From NCBI GenBank assembly GCA_964484005.1, contig CAZADR010000003.1, positions 24,910 to 88,909 of the forward strand: DNA of 64,000 nt. Direction: 5' to 3'. The notes beneath the pieces are model-generated. The model ran no database searches. It had not been told where the DNA came from and saw nothing but the letters and a program-made list of their open reading frames with translations. Both the position numbers and the translations under genes were made by a program. The number at the start of each line of letters is the position of its first letter. Within the stretch, counting starts at the first letter, position 1. The DNA comes from an uncultured Candidatus Saccharibacteria bacterium. GTDB lineage: Bacteria > Patescibacteriota > Minisyncoccia > Phycocordibacterales > UBA9973. This document shows positions 36,042 through 46,306 of the stretch, piece after piece.

Positions 36042-37082
36042 TTATTTATCTTCTGAAATTATTTTTACAAGTGCAAGTTCTAACGGCAATTCGGTGATAA
36101 AGGCATTGTCCATATTTTGATATGCTTCTAGAAGTATAGATAGTGCCGGTGAGCGCAGCATACCGTCTTTATCATCTTTTACGAGCTTTTTTAGAAATTC
36201 TAAATCACCTTCTGAAAGGTCTCCGGTCATTTCTTCTTGCAGTTTTGGAGCATAGCGCAGGATTATCGCCATACGAAATTTTTGCAGGATGAGCTTGAAG
36301 TATAATTGCATATCTAAATTTGCTTCGGAAGCAATTCTTACCGCTCCTATTCCCTTTTCTATATTCTTTTCGGCGATGGCGGAAATAAAATCATTTACTA
36401 AAACTGTTTTTGGTGCGCCAGTAATCTTTTCTATATCTTCTCTTGATATTTTCTTTCCTTTTGAGAAGTTTAAAACTTTCTGAAGCTCACCTAAGGCATC
36501 TCGGAATGAACCATCTGCTAATATTGCAAGGAGCTCGGCGCTTCCGGCATCCATTTCAAATCCTTCCTTTTTGGCGACATCGAGGAGCATCTTTTTGCAG
36601 ACAGTGTCAGACGCTTTTTTAAATGTAAAAACCTGACAGCGAGAAATAATTGTATCCGGGACTTTGTGAAATTCTGTTGTAGCTAAAATAAAGATGACAT
36701 GCTTTGGGGGTTCTTCCAGAGTTTTCAAAAGCGCACCCCAAGCATCTTTGGAGAGCATGTGCACCTCGTCTATGATGTAGACTTTGTATTTTGAATCAAA
36801 AGGTAATACTCGCACTCCATCTCGTAATTCTTTGATATCTTCAATTCCTCTGTTTGATGCAGCGTCTATTTCATATAAATCATTTACAGATACTCCGATG
36901 CTCGTTGCAAAGATTCTGGCCACAGAAGTCTTACCTGTGCCCCTAGAGCCAACAAATAGATAAGCATGGGAGACTTTGTTTGTGTCCACAGAGCTCTCCA
37001 AAACTTTTGTAATATGGTCTTGTCCGAGGACTTCTTTAAAGCTTTTTGGCCTGTATTTACGATATAAAGCTAAATCATGCAT
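36042..37082 (-). CDS. dnaX: DNA polymerase III subunit gamma/tau (short form)
   Basis: Walker A GSRGTGKTS. AAA+ clamp-loader motifs. 346 aa. Confidence 0.88.
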   Translation of the reverse strand: MHDLALYRKYRPKSFKEVLGQDHITKVLESSVDTNKVSHAYLFVGSRGTGKTSVARIFATSIGVSVNDLYEIDAASNRGIEDIKELRDGVRVLPFDSKYKVYIIDEVHMLSKDAWGALLKTLEEPPKHVIFILATTEFHKVPDTIISRCQVFTFKKASDTVCKKMLLDVAKKEGFEMDAGSAELLAILADGSFRDALGELQKVLNFSKGKKISREDIEKITGAPKTVLVNDFISAIAEKNIEKGIGAVRIASEANLDMQLYFKLILQKFRMAIILRYAPKLQEEMTGDLSEGDLEFLKKLVKDDKDGMLRSPALSILLEAYQNMDNAFITELPLELALVKIISEDK

Positions 37083-37094
37083 ATTTTTATTATA

Positions 37095-38099
37095 CTAGAT
37101 TTTCTTTAGAAAATCATTAATAATTTTTTCTACTTGTTTGGAATTTTCAGTTTCCATTAGCTTTACTCGGAGTTCTTTGGCACCATCAAAACCATTTACA
37201 TAAGCTTTGAGATGTTTCTTCATCACAGCAAAGTTTTTATATTTAGGTTTCAAAAGTTCTTTTTCAAAAACCTGTGTATGTTCTATCAGCACCCTCAATT
37301 TATCTTCAGCTGAAATATCTTTTTTTTCTTCTAATAAAAAGAACCAAGGATTTCCGAAAACTCCCCTGCCAATCATTACGCCATCACAGCTATACTCCAG
37401 AGCTTTCTCTTCTGCATCTTTCATACTCAAGACATCTCCATTTCCTATCAGCAATATTTCTTTGCCACTTTTCTGAATGAGTTCTTTTATTTTTTTAAGA
37501 TGGCTCCAATTTGCAGGTACGAGTGAAAGCTCTTTTACTGTGCGCAAGTGAATCGTCAAAGCCGAAATATCTTCTTTCAATAATTCTGGAATCCAAGTAT
37601 CTATCTCTTCTTTATTAAAACCAATTCTTGTTTTCACCGAGACTGGGATATCTTGCCCTGCGGCAGCTATACCAGCGTGGGCAGCTTGGATTATCTTTCT
37701 AGCGAGCGCTGGAGTCTTTATAAGGCCTCCACCAGCTCCTTGGCTGACCACAGACCTATCAGGACAGCCCATGTTTATATCTATACCATCAAAACCAAGG
37801 CTCGCGATATATTGGCATGCCTTCTGCATGTTTTCAGGATTAGCGCCGAAAACTTGTGCCACAATTGGCTTTTCATTTTTTGAAAATTTTAAAATATGTG
37901 AGAGCTTTTTCTTGGCGAGCTTGTTGCACAAGCCATCTGCGGCCACAAATTCTGTCCAGAAGACGACTCGGTCCTTGTTCTCTCTATTTTTGCCGTATTT
38001 TGCCAAGATATGGCGAAAAGCAATATCAGTCACATCTGACATGGGGGCTAAGCAGAAAAAAGGTTTATTTAGTTTTTCCCAAAAGCCTAATTTACTCAT
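37095..38099 (-). CDS. dusB: tRNA-dihydrouridine synthase
   Basis: FMN-binding TIM barrel with LAPMSDVTD N-terminal motif. The ORF extends to 38138, but Met at 38099 (MSKLGF...) is the likely start. Confidence 0.8.
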   Translation of the reverse strand: MSKLGFWEKLNKPFFCLAPMSDVTDIAFRHILAKYGKNRENKDRVVFWTEFVAADGLCNKLAKKKLSHILKFSKNEKPIVAQVFGANPENMQKACQYIASLGFDGIDINMGCPDRSVVSQGAGGGLIKTPALARKIIQAAHAGIAAAGQDIPVSVKTRIGFNKEEIDTWIPELLKEDISALTIHLRTVKELSLVPANWSHLKKIKELIQKSGKEILLIGNGDVLSMKDAEEKALEYSCDGVMIGRGVFGNPWFFLLEEKKDISAEDKLRVLIEHTQVFEKELLKPKYKNFAVMKKHLKAYVNGFDGAKELRVKLMETENSKQVEKIINDFLKKI

Positions 38100-39033
38100 T
38101 GAACTTAAAGTAAACCTTATTTCCGAAGCGTAAGTCAATATACTGCAATAAGGAGTATTTATTTTTCATTTTTGATTTTAAGGGTTCGGTAGTTATGGCA
38201 GCGTCTAAGTTTTCAGCAACATTTTGGAAGTCGGCATCAATCTTTAAAAGTATCTTTGGATTTTCGGATGAAAGTGCTCCTTTTGAAAGATATATTTCTA
38301 CATCACCATCTTCTTTTATATAAAGTTGTGTTGGTTTTAGTTTTAGATCAGATAAAAAGTTCTTAAAGAAGACAAGCTGGCTAAAACTTTGTTCTGAAAA
38401 ATAAGAACCTTGTGGATTTTCAATATTTAAATTATTTTTGCCATAAAATTTGAAATAAACTTCACCAGAAAAATATGGAGCTTCAACAAAAGTAAAACCC
38501 TCTTCATCTAAAAAGTAGCATTTCTCTTCGGTATTTTCTTCTGTGGGTATAGATGCTCCGCACCACAAGTATTTTGCAGTTCTTTCATCTAAAGATACTG
38601 TGAGGATTTTGTTATCTTTTATGGTTAGGTTTATGTTCTTTAATCTTTTAAAGTTATTTTCTAGGGCACTTTGTATAGAATTTTTAGGATAAGACAAGAC
38701 ATTTGTTTTAGGAAAGAGCCAGAGATATTTTCCAGATATTTCTTTCAATATTGTTTCTTCTAATAAAACAGTTTCAATTGTTTTATTACCTACAATTTCT
38801 ATTTTTGAAATATTTAGTTTTTCTATACGAGAGACATAAGCTAAAAAAGCAAAAATCGCCGTAAGTCCGAACAGCGAAATAAAAATCTTGCTCCAAATAG
38901 CCTTCTTTCGGCTCTTTTTTAATTCCAAAAGGCGTGGAGAATTTAAAACATTTCTTTTTTGCATTGATTTCGCGAAATCATGCCGCGCAACCGTCCATTT
39001 TAGCGCGGCTTTACTTGATAAACTCTTTTCCAC
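38092..39033 (-). CDS. FtsQ/DivIB-like cell-division protein (TM + POTRA)
   Basis: Cytoplasmic N-terminus, one TM helix, POTRA-like ISKIEIVGNKTI..., beta-rich C-terminus. Confidence 0.5.
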   Translation of the reverse strand: MEKSLSSKAALKWTVARHDFAKSMQKRNVLNSPRLLELKKSRKKAIWSKIFISLFGLTAIFAFLAYVSRIEKLNISKIEIVGNKTIETVLLEETILKEISGKYLWLFPKTNVLSYPKNSIQSALENNFKRLKNINLTIKDNKILTVSLDERTAKYLWCGASIPTEENTEEKCYFLDEEGFTFVEAPYFSGEVYFKFYGKNNLNIENPQGSYFSEQSFSQLVFFKNFLSDLKLKPTQLYIKEDGDVEIYLSKGALSSENPKILLKIDADFQNVAENLDAAITTEPLKSKMKNKYSLLQYIDLRFGNKVYFKFNE

Positions 39034-40318
39034 CCATGTAAGGCTTCAATACGGGAGGAATCTTTATAGAACCATCTTCTTGCTGATAGTTTTCAATGAT
39101 AGCAATCAAAGTACGGCCGATAGCGATAACAGTGGCATCGTTCATATGTACGGGTTCTATTTTCCCATCACTTCTTCGTACTCTGGTATTTAGGCGACGA
39201 GATTGAAATCCTCCAGTAGAATCTGAGCTATGAGTTTCTCTGTATTTATTTTGTCCTGGCATCCATGTTTCAACATCAATCTGTCTATTGTCTGGAAAGC
39301 CCATGTCTCCAGTACACACAGCCACTACTTGATAAGGTAGATTTAAAACTTTTAAAACATGTTCTTGTATTGCAACAAGAAAATTTTGTTCTTGCATTGA
39401 ATTTTCGGGTAAAGAAAAAACTTCCATTTCCAATTTATCAAATTGGTGTTGTCGTAAAATACCATTTGTGTCTTTTCCTGCGGCACCAGCTTCCCTCCTG
39501 AATGCAGTCGAATATCCAGCATATCTAATTGGTAAATCTTTTTCTTCAAAAATTTTATTCATATGCATTGAACCGAGAGTATGTTCAGCGCTTCCTATCA
39601 GCATCAAGTTGTCGTTTGGGAACATATAATGTTCTTCTGGGGTCATAAATCGAGCCATCTTTACTTGAACAATAGGACGAATAAAAACGGGTGGAATGAT
39701 AGGTAGAAATTTTGAAGGAGTTATGGACACTTTTGCTTCTTCTGCTATTTTTTTGAGAGTTTCTTCATTGGTAAGGATTTCTAAACACATTTGTATTAAA
39801 GCAAATTGCATTATAACCAAATCCCCTTTTAGATATGAATATCTTGCACCTGCAACATCTGCGGCAGTCTCGGTATCTATTATCCCCAAAGCTTTTCCTA
39901 ATTCAAAATGTTCTTTTGGTGTAAAAGAAAATTGTGTTTTTTCTCCCCAATTTCTTATTACTTGGTTTCCACTATCGTCAGGACCTTCGGGCGTATCAAC
40001 AGAAGGAATGTTTGGTATTTTCAACATTATTTTCTGCCACTCGTCCATGGTTTCTTTTAATTTTTCTTCTTTTGCCTTGATGTCGTCTTTGACGAGGCGC
40101 ATCTCTTCTATCAACTGGATTTTGAGGGCGGAATCTTGATTGCGGCCAATGTCGTTTGAGACGCGGTTTACTTCACTGCGTAAGTCTTCCACTTCTTTTA
40201 ATTCTTTTAATCGCAAATCGTCCAAGGTAATCAACTTTTCAATATCAATTTCAATGCGCTTTTTCTTGGCGCCTGCCTGTACTATGTCTTTGTTTTCACG
40301 AATAAATTTTATGTCTAA
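39011..40318 (-). CDS. serS: Serine--tRNA ligase
   Basis: N-terminal coiled coil. Class II catalytic core. The canonical start is MLDIKFIREN at 40318; the ORF extends to 40342. Confidence 0.9.
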   Translation of the reverse strand, partial: LDIKFIRENKDIVQAGAKKKRIEIDIEKLITLDDLRLKELKEVEDLRSEVNRVSNDIGRNQDSALKIQLIEEMRLVKDDIKAKEEKLKETMDEWQKIMLKIPNIPSVDTPEGPDDSGNQVIRNWGEKTQFSFTPKEHFELGKALGIIDTETAADVAGARYSYLKGDLVIMQFALIQMCLEILTNEETLKKIAEEAKVSITPSKFLPIIPPVFIRPIVQVKMARFMTPEEHYMFPNDNLMLIGSAEHTLGSMHMNKIFEEKDLPIRYAGYSTAFRREAGAAGKDTNGILRQHQFDKLEMEVFSLPENSMQEQNFLVAIQEHVLKVLNLPYQVVAVCTGDMGFPDNRQIDVETWMPGQNKYRETHSSDSTGGFQSRRLNTRVRRSDGKIEPVHMNDATVIAIGRTLIAIIENYQQEDGSIKIPPVLKPYMGGKEFIK

Positions 40319-40360
40319 CATGATTAGTAGTATATAATACAATTGTCATAATTACAAAAC

Positions 40361-41227
40361 ATGAAATTTAACCTAAAAGTTTTAGAGAAAAATAAGATAC
40401 CAAAAGATTTACGCGAAATTCCTCAACCTCCAAAAAAACTTTATATCTGCGGAAACCTGCCACCAGAAGATATGGTGTGCTTGGCAGTAGTTGGCTCTAG
40501 AAAAGCGACTAGCTATGGCAAAGATGTAGTCAAGAAATTAATTTCTGGGTTAAAAGGCTACCCTATCGCTATAGTTTCTGGGTTGGCCATCGGCATAGAT
40601 TCTTTTGCCCATGAGGCTGCGCTCGATGCCGGCCTCTTTCCTGTTGCTTTTCCTGGTTCTGGTATTTCTGAAAATACTCTTTATCCAATTTCAAATTTGC
40701 GTTTGGCAGAAAAAATAATTATTGCGGGAGGATGTATTATTTCAGAATTTCCACCAGAGATGAAAGCTGAACTTTTTACTTTTCCAATGCGTAATCGCCT
40801 GATGGCTGGTCTCTCCAGGGCGTCGCTCATAATAGAAGCGCAAGAAAAGTCTGGTACGCTCATCACTGCGAGGATGGCCCTCGATTACAATAGAGATGTC
40901 TTGGCCGTACCAGGGCCAATCAATTCTATTTATTCAAAAGGTACAAATAGGCTTATAAGACAGGGCGCTACTCCGGTAACTTGTAGTGATGATATTTTGG
41001 AAGCGCTTGGTTTTAAAGTAGACAATGAAAGTAAGCAAAAAAGCCTTTTTGATGACGCATCACCAGAAGAAAAAAAGATATTAAAAATACTTACAGAACC
41101 CCTTGAGAGAGACGAGCTAATCCGCACGATGAAAATGCCTACAGGGCAAGCTAATGCGATACTCTCTATCATGGAGATCAAAGGTTTAATCAAAGAAGAA
41201 CTCGGTGAAATCCGCGCTAGTTTTTAA
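40361..41227 (+). CDS. dprA: DNA-processing protein DprA (Smf)
   Basis: Rossmann-like DprA domain (GLAIGIDSFAHEAAL) with a C-terminal winged helix. 288 aa. Confidence 0.85.
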   Translation: MKFNLKVLEKNKIPKDLREIPQPPKKLYICGNLPPEDMVCLAVVGSRKATSYGKDVVKKLISGLKGYPIAIVSGLAIGIDSFAHEAALDAGLFPVAFPGSGISENTLYPISNLRLAEKIIIAGGCIISEFPPEMKAELFTFPMRNRLMAGLSRASLIIEAQEKSGTLITARMALDYNRDVLAVPGPINSIYSKGTNRLIRQGATPVTCSDDILEALGFKVDNESKQKSLFDDASPEEKKILKILTEPLERDELIRTMKMPTGQANAILSIMEIKGLIKEELGEIRASF

Positions 41228-41297
41228 TATTATTTTTTAATAAAAATCATTTTGTAATTTGCGTTTAAAATATATTTCGTGTAATACTTGGAAAGTC

Positions 41298-43514
41298 ATG
41301 AAACTTTTAATTGTCGAATCACCATCAAAAGCAAAGACTATCGAGAAATATCTCGAAGGCGCTTTTACTGTGCGCGCATCCGTTGGGCACATTCGTGATT
41401 TGCCAAAATCAAATAAACAAGCGATAAATATCGAAGCAGGATTTGTGCCTCATTATGAGATTTCAAGAGGTAAAGAAAAGATTGTGCACGAGCTCCAGGG
41501 TTTGGCTGAAAAAGCGACAGAGATAATGCTAGCGACAGACCCCGACCGTGAAGGAGAAGCAATAGCTTGGCACATTGAGACTTTACTTAAACAAGATAAA
41601 AAAGTTAAAGCAAAAATCGAAAGAGTAGCTTTCCATGAGATTACAAAAGATGCAGTAGAAGAAGCATTAAAGCATCCGAGAAAAATAGATACTGACCTTC
41701 GTAAGGCTCAAGAAGCCAGAAGGGTGCTAGACAGGCTTGTTGGTTATGATTTATCTGGATTGATTTGGAAGAAGGTACGCTATGGCCTCTCTGCGGGACG
41801 AGTGCAATCCCCTGCGCTTCGCATAATAATGGAACGCGAAAGAGAAATCCGTGCTTTTGTGCCAGAAAAATATTGGCGGATTTTAGGATTATTTGAAACA
41901 AAAAATACAGATAAAATAACCTTAGAATGTTCTGAAGAACCTCGTGATGAAAAATTAGTGGAAAAGATAATGACCGAGGGCAAGAAAGGTTCTTGGAAAA
42001 TTAAAAGGGTCAAAGAAAGTGAACAAAAGCGTTCACCTCGTGCACCATTTACTACTTCTACATTACAGCAGACTGCGAGCTCAAGACTCGGCTACTCTCC
42101 TTCGCGTACTATGCAGATAGCGCAAAAGCTCTATGAGGCTGGGCATATTACTTATATGAGAACAGACAGCACCAATCTCTCGGCCGTGGCTCAAGGACAA
42201 ATTATATCTTTTGTAAAAAAAGAATACGGAGACAATTATGCTGAGGCACATGTTTATAAAACTAAATCTAAAAATGCTCAAGAGGCGCACGAAGCCATCC
42301 GTCCTACACATATAGAGAAATTACACACTGGACACGATGATTTTGATAGACTTTATCGTCTCATCTGGGAGCGCGCAGTTTCTTCACAGATGTCTGATGC
42401 AAAATTATTGAAGACAAAAATTACTGCTGTTATTGAGGGGCACGAAGATTTACCTCCGTTTGGAGCAAATGGTTCTCGCCTTTTGTTTCCCGGCTGGCTG
42501 GCTGTGGACACTGGAGCTAGGGGTGAAGATGTGGAGCTTCCTATTTGTAAAGAAGGAGATAATATAAAATTATTAAATTTAAATAGTGAAGAAAAATTTA
42601 CTGAACCGCCAGGCAGATATAGTGAAGCTGGACTCGTAAAAGAGCTAGAGGCTCGAGGGATAGGCAGACCTTCTACTTATGCGTCTATCATGAAGACGAT
42701 AGAAGAACGAGGATATGTAAACAAAGAAAACAAAACATTGTTCCCTACTGATGTGGGTGAAGTCGTGTCTGATTTTTTGGAAAAACATTTTGCAAATTAT
42801 ATTTCGGATACTTTTACGGCAGAAATGGAAGATGAACTTGATGAGATATCTAGAGGTGAACGCGAATATGAAAAAACTCTAAAGGATTTCTATACACCTT
42901 TTTCTAAAGATGTAAAATCAAAAGAGAAATTAGAAAAAGCTACAAACTTAGGAGATGCACCAGAAAATATAAAATGTCCTAAATGTGGAAGCTCAATGAT
43001 AATCAAACTTTCTCGTGCAGGTAAGTTTTATTCTTGTTCAAAATATCCAGATTGTGATGGAGCACTCATGCTCGATGGAACGGAGCTCAAAGACCCAGCA
43101 GAGACTGGAGAGATGTGTCCTTTGTGTGGGGAAAAGAAAGGAAAGTCTGGCGGAGGCAAACTTGTCGTGAAAGAGAGACGAGATGGCACTGGTACTTTTA
43201 TTTCTTGCTCTAGGTATCCAAAATGTAAATTTATAAAACAAGATGAAGCCGAACTGGCCAGAAAAAGAACCGGAGTACTTTGTCCTACATGCAAGACTGG
43301 AGATATTTCTGAAAGACGCGGACGCTTTGGAATATTTTATTCTTGTTCAAATTATCCAGATTGTAAATTTGCTATCAAAGCAAAGCCAACAGGAAATATC
43401 TGTAAAGAATGTGGAAGTCTAATGATGGAAGGCACAAAAACTATCCCTGAACGATGTAGTAACAAGGCTTGTAAGATGCACAACCCTCACAAGATACCTA
43501 AAATAGATCCATAA
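41298..43514 (+). CDS. topA: DNA topoisomerase I with C-terminal zinc ribbons
   Basis: Toprim (MKLLIVESPSKAKTI), catalytic Tyr region and three C4 zinc ribbons. The ORF extends to 41259, but the canonical start is at 41298. Confidence 0.9.
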   Translation: MKLLIVESPSKAKTIEKYLEGAFTVRASVGHIRDLPKSNKQAINIEAGFVPHYEISRGKEKIVHELQGLAEKATEIMLATDPDREGEAIAWHIETLLKQDKKVKAKIERVAFHEITKDAVEEALKHPRKIDTDLRKAQEARRVLDRLVGYDLSGLIWKKVRYGLSAGRVQSPALRIIMEREREIRAFVPEKYWRILGLFETKNTDKITLECSEEPRDEKLVEKIMTEGKKGSWKIKRVKESEQKRSPRAPFTTSTLQQTASSRLGYSPSRTMQIAQKLYEAGHITYMRTDSTNLSAVAQGQIISFVKKEYGDNYAEAHVYKTKSKNAQEAHEAIRPTHIEKLHTGHDDFDRLYRLIWERAVSSQMSDAKLLKTKITAVIEGHEDLPPFGANGSRLLFPGWLAVDTGARGEDVELPICKEGDNIKLLNLNSEEKFTEPPGRYSEAGLVKELEARGIGRPSTYASIMKTIEERGYVNKENKTLFPTDVGEVVSDFLEKHFANYISDTFTAEMEDELDEISRGEREYEKTLKDFYTPFSKDVKSKEKLEKATNLGDAPENIKCPKCGSSMIIKLSRAGKFYSCSKYPDCDGALMLDGTELKDPAETGEMCPLCGEKKGKSGGGKLVVKERRDGTGTFISCSRYPKCKFIKQDEAELARKRTGVLCPTCKTGDISERRGRFGIFYSCSNYPDCKFAIKAKPTGNICKECGSLMMEGTKTIPERCSNKACKMHNPHKIPKIDP

Positions 43515-43556
43515 ACAACTTTTCCAAGATTCCAAAAGAAGTGTTATAATCCCTTA

Positions 43557-45026
43557 ATGTATGATGTTGGGGAAATAATAAGTCTTATAGAGGGTGGTAT
43601 AAACAAAAAAGAAGAAGACCTTATAAATAAGGCTTTTAAATTTGCTGAAAAGGCACATGAGGGTCAAAAAAGGTTGAGTGGAGAGCCATATTTTGTGCAT
43701 GCTTTTGAGGTATCTAAAACTTTAGCTAGGCTCGGTATGGATGCGCAGACAATATCTGCAGGGCTTCTGCATGATGTCTTGGAAGACACAGAGATAACAG
43801 AAGAAGAAATTCAAAAAGAATTTGGAGATGATATTGTATTTTTAATAAAAGGTGTGACTAAGCTCGGAACTCTAAAGTATCGAGGACATGAAAGACACGT
43901 AGAATCATTAAGAAAATTCTTTGTCGCTATGGCAAATGATTTGCGGGTGGTCATTATAAAATTTGCAGATAGATTACACAATTTAAAAACGCTAGAGCAT
44001 ATACGTGAAGATAAAAGAAATAGAATTGCAGTAGAATCTATCGAAGTCTATGCTCCTCTTGCCAATCGTCTTGGAATGGGAAAGCTAAAAGGAGAAATCG
44101 AAGATGCTGCTTTTCCATATGCATTTCCAAAAGAGTATGCACAGGTGGAAGAAATAATAAAAGAGAAAAAAGAGTCTTTTAAGAAAAATCTTGCTGAAGT
44201 CAGTGAAAAACTAGAAAAAGAATTAAAGAAAAATAAAATTAAATTTGCGGAGATTGATTATAGAATAAAACATAAATATAGTCTCTATAAAAAACTTCTT
44301 AAATATGAGATGGATATAGAGAAAATTTATGACATTGTGGCACTTCGAGTGGTGGTAGATACTATAGAAGAATGTTATCGAGTTCTCGGATTAGTGCACT
44401 CTATCTGGAACCCTTTACCTGGTAGAATAAAAGACTATATTGCTGTACCAAAGCCAAATGGCTATCGCTCTATACACACCACTATCTTTACTGGTCTTGG
44501 TAGAGTCGCTGAAATACAAATAAAGACAAGAGAAATGCACGCTGAAGCGGCTTATGGTATCGCTGCACACTTTGCTTACAAAGAACAAGGAAATAAAAAA
44601 GCAAAAGACGATAAAAATAAATTTAAATGGATTGAAGAATTAAAAGAATTAAAATATTTACCAAATGATCCTAAAAAGTTTATAGACCACCTCAAAATGG
44701 ATTTCTTTAATGATAGAATTTTCGTTTTTACTCCACAGGGAGATGTTATAGACTTACCAGAAGATTCTTCGCCGATTGATTTTGCTTATTCTATTCACTC
44801 AGATATCGGAGACCATACTTCTAGCGCAAAGATAAACAATAAAATGTCCCCACTTTATACAAAGCTAAAGAATGGAGACATTGTAGAGATAGCAACCAAA
44901 AAAGACGCCAAACCATCTGACAAATGGGCTGATAATGTCAAAACATCTATAGCAAAGAAACATATCAAGGCTTATCTAGAAAAACATAGCTTGTTGGCTA
45001 AATTAAAATCTTTTGGACGTAGCTAA
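43557..45026 (+). CDS. RelA/SpoT-family (p)ppGpp synthetase/hydrolase, HD + synthetase domains only
   Basis: HD motif (HAFEV...LLHDVLEDT) and synthetase motif (DYIAVPKPNGYRSIHT). No TGS/ACT C-terminus at 489 aa. Confidence 0.8.
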   Translation: MYDVGEIISLIEGGINKKEEDLINKAFKFAEKAHEGQKRLSGEPYFVHAFEVSKTLARLGMDAQTISAGLLHDVLEDTEITEEEIQKEFGDDIVFLIKGVTKLGTLKYRGHERHVESLRKFFVAMANDLRVVIIKFADRLHNLKTLEHIREDKRNRIAVESIEVYAPLANRLGMGKLKGEIEDAAFPYAFPKEYAQVEEIIKEKKESFKKNLAEVSEKLEKELKKNKIKFAEIDYRIKHKYSLYKKLLKYEMDIEKIYDIVALRVVVDTIEECYRVLGLVHSIWNPLPGRIKDYIAVPKPNGYRSIHTTIFTGLGRVAEIQIKTREMHAEAAYGIAAHFAYKEQGNKKAKDDKNKFKWIEELKELKYLPNDPKKFIDHLKMDFFNDRIFVFTPQGDVIDLPEDSSPIDFAYSIHSDIGDHTSSAKINNKMSPLYTKLKNGDIVEIATKKDAKPSDKWADNVKTSIAKKHIKAYLEKHSLLAKLKSFGRS

Positions 45027-45030
45027 AGAA

Positions 45031-46014
45031 TTAGACGCTAAAATTTGAAATATTATAGAGCTCTGTATCATCTTCCTGTTTCTCTTCTTTGTCTCTATCA
45101 TCGACAGGAGCTTCTTCGGGTGCTACATTTTCAGCCTCACTCTTGGCAATATGGTTGTCTAGCATGTCTCCTGGGTTTTTATTTATTTCCCCTCTTTGAA
45201 TCAAATCTAGGATTGTTCTTAAGTCTTCCGTAGAGAAAAAATCTATCTTTATTTGTCCGCCAAGCTCTGTTCTGTCGATGTGTACACGAGTACCGAGTTT
45301 TTCTTGAAACTCTTCTTCGAGTTCATTTATCTCTGGATCAGGCATAAACTCTTTCTTTCTTACCCGGTCAAAAGCTACTTTTCTAGCTATTTTTTCTGCT
45401 TCACGAACAGTAATTTTTTTGTAAATTATTTCCTTAAACAATACTTGTTGTTCTTCTGGGTAGTCTACGAGCATCAAGATGGGTCTGGTGTGACCTTCAG
45501 TCATCTTGCCTTCTGATAAAGCATTCAATATTTCTTCTGGCAAAGACAAAATACGCAAAGAGTTTGAGACATATTCCCTACTCTTACCCATTTTCTTGGC
45601 AATTTCGTTGTGAGTAAATTTGAACTCAGACACTAATCTAAAAAAGGCACGGGCTCTATCTACGGCATTTAGGTCTTCGCGTTGAAGGTTTTCTATTATA
45701 GCGAGCTCCAACTTCATTATGGTCGTATCTCCGGTACGGATGACGGCTGGAACTTGAGATACTTGGGCGAGTTTGGCTGCTCGGAGCCTGCGTTCTCCTG
45801 CAATCAGTTCATATTCTGTCACCATTCCTTCCCCACCTTCTTTTTCTACTTCTACCCTAGAGACAATCAGCGGTTGGAGGACTCCATATTGCTTGATTGA
45901 GTCTGCTAAGTCTTGCAACCTAGCTTCGTCAAATTCTCGCCTTGGTTGAAAAGGGTTTGGTTTGATCTTGTCGGTGTCAATCCAGAAAATTGAATTTGAA
46001 TATAAATTAGACAT
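45031..46014 (-). CDS. parB: ParB/Spo0J-family partition protein
   Basis: ParB box GERRLRAA and HTH, with an acidic C-terminal tail. No parA is adjacent. Confidence 0.85.
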   Translation of the reverse strand: MSNLYSNSIFWIDTDKIKPNPFQPRREFDEARLQDLADSIKQYGVLQPLIVSRVEVEKEGGEGMVTEYELIAGERRLRAAKLAQVSQVPAVIRTGDTTIMKLELAIIENLQREDLNAVDRARAFFRLVSEFKFTHNEIAKKMGKSREYVSNSLRILSLPEEILNALSEGKMTEGHTRPILMLVDYPEEQQVLFKEIIYKKITVREAEKIARKVAFDRVRKKEFMPDPEINELEEEFQEKLGTRVHIDRTELGGQIKIDFFSTEDLRTILDLIQRGEINKNPGDMLDNHIAKSEAENVAPEEAPVDDRDKEEKQEDDTELYNISNFSV

Positions 46015-46098
46015 GAATTGATTCTAGCACAAAGGATTTATTTTTAACAATTGATTTTTAAGCGTATTTTGTGTAAAATGTGTGAATTGATGTGGAAT

Positions 46099-46182
46099 GC
46101 CCAGGTGGCGGAATTGGTAGACGCGATAGACTCAAAATCTATTGATGGCAACATCATGAGAGTTCGATTCTCTCCCTGGGCA
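46099..46182 (+). tRNA. tRNA-Leu (anticodon CAA)
   Basis: Acceptor gcccagg/cctgggc, anticodon loop ctCAAaa, long variable arm (gatggcaacatc), T-loop ttcgatt. A promoter TTGATT-17-TAAAAT lies upstream. Confidence 0.85.
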
Positions 46183-46277
46183 CAGAGTAAGCAAACTAAT
46201 TTGCTTACGTGGAGGAATCGAAAGGATTTTCGTTGCTGAACATCGTGAAGCCGAAAATCACCTGGATATGTAATATC

Positions 46278-46297
46278 CGATTCTCTCCCTGGGCACA
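46278..46297 (+). repeat. 20-nt direct repeat of the tRNA-Leu 3' end (cgattctctccctgggcaca)
   Basis: Identical to 46165-46184, which is the 3' T-arm and acceptor part of tRNA-Leu. Lies 9 nt before the murA ATG. Confidence 0.7.
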
Positions 46298-46306
46298 CGA
46301 TATAAT

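Noticed and set aside
43557-45026. Short RelA/SpoT homolog (no TGS/ACT domains) as a novelty
   Set aside because: Truncated bifunctional Rel proteins and small alarmone synthetase/hydrolase variants are well known. Nothing in the sequence suggests an unusual function.
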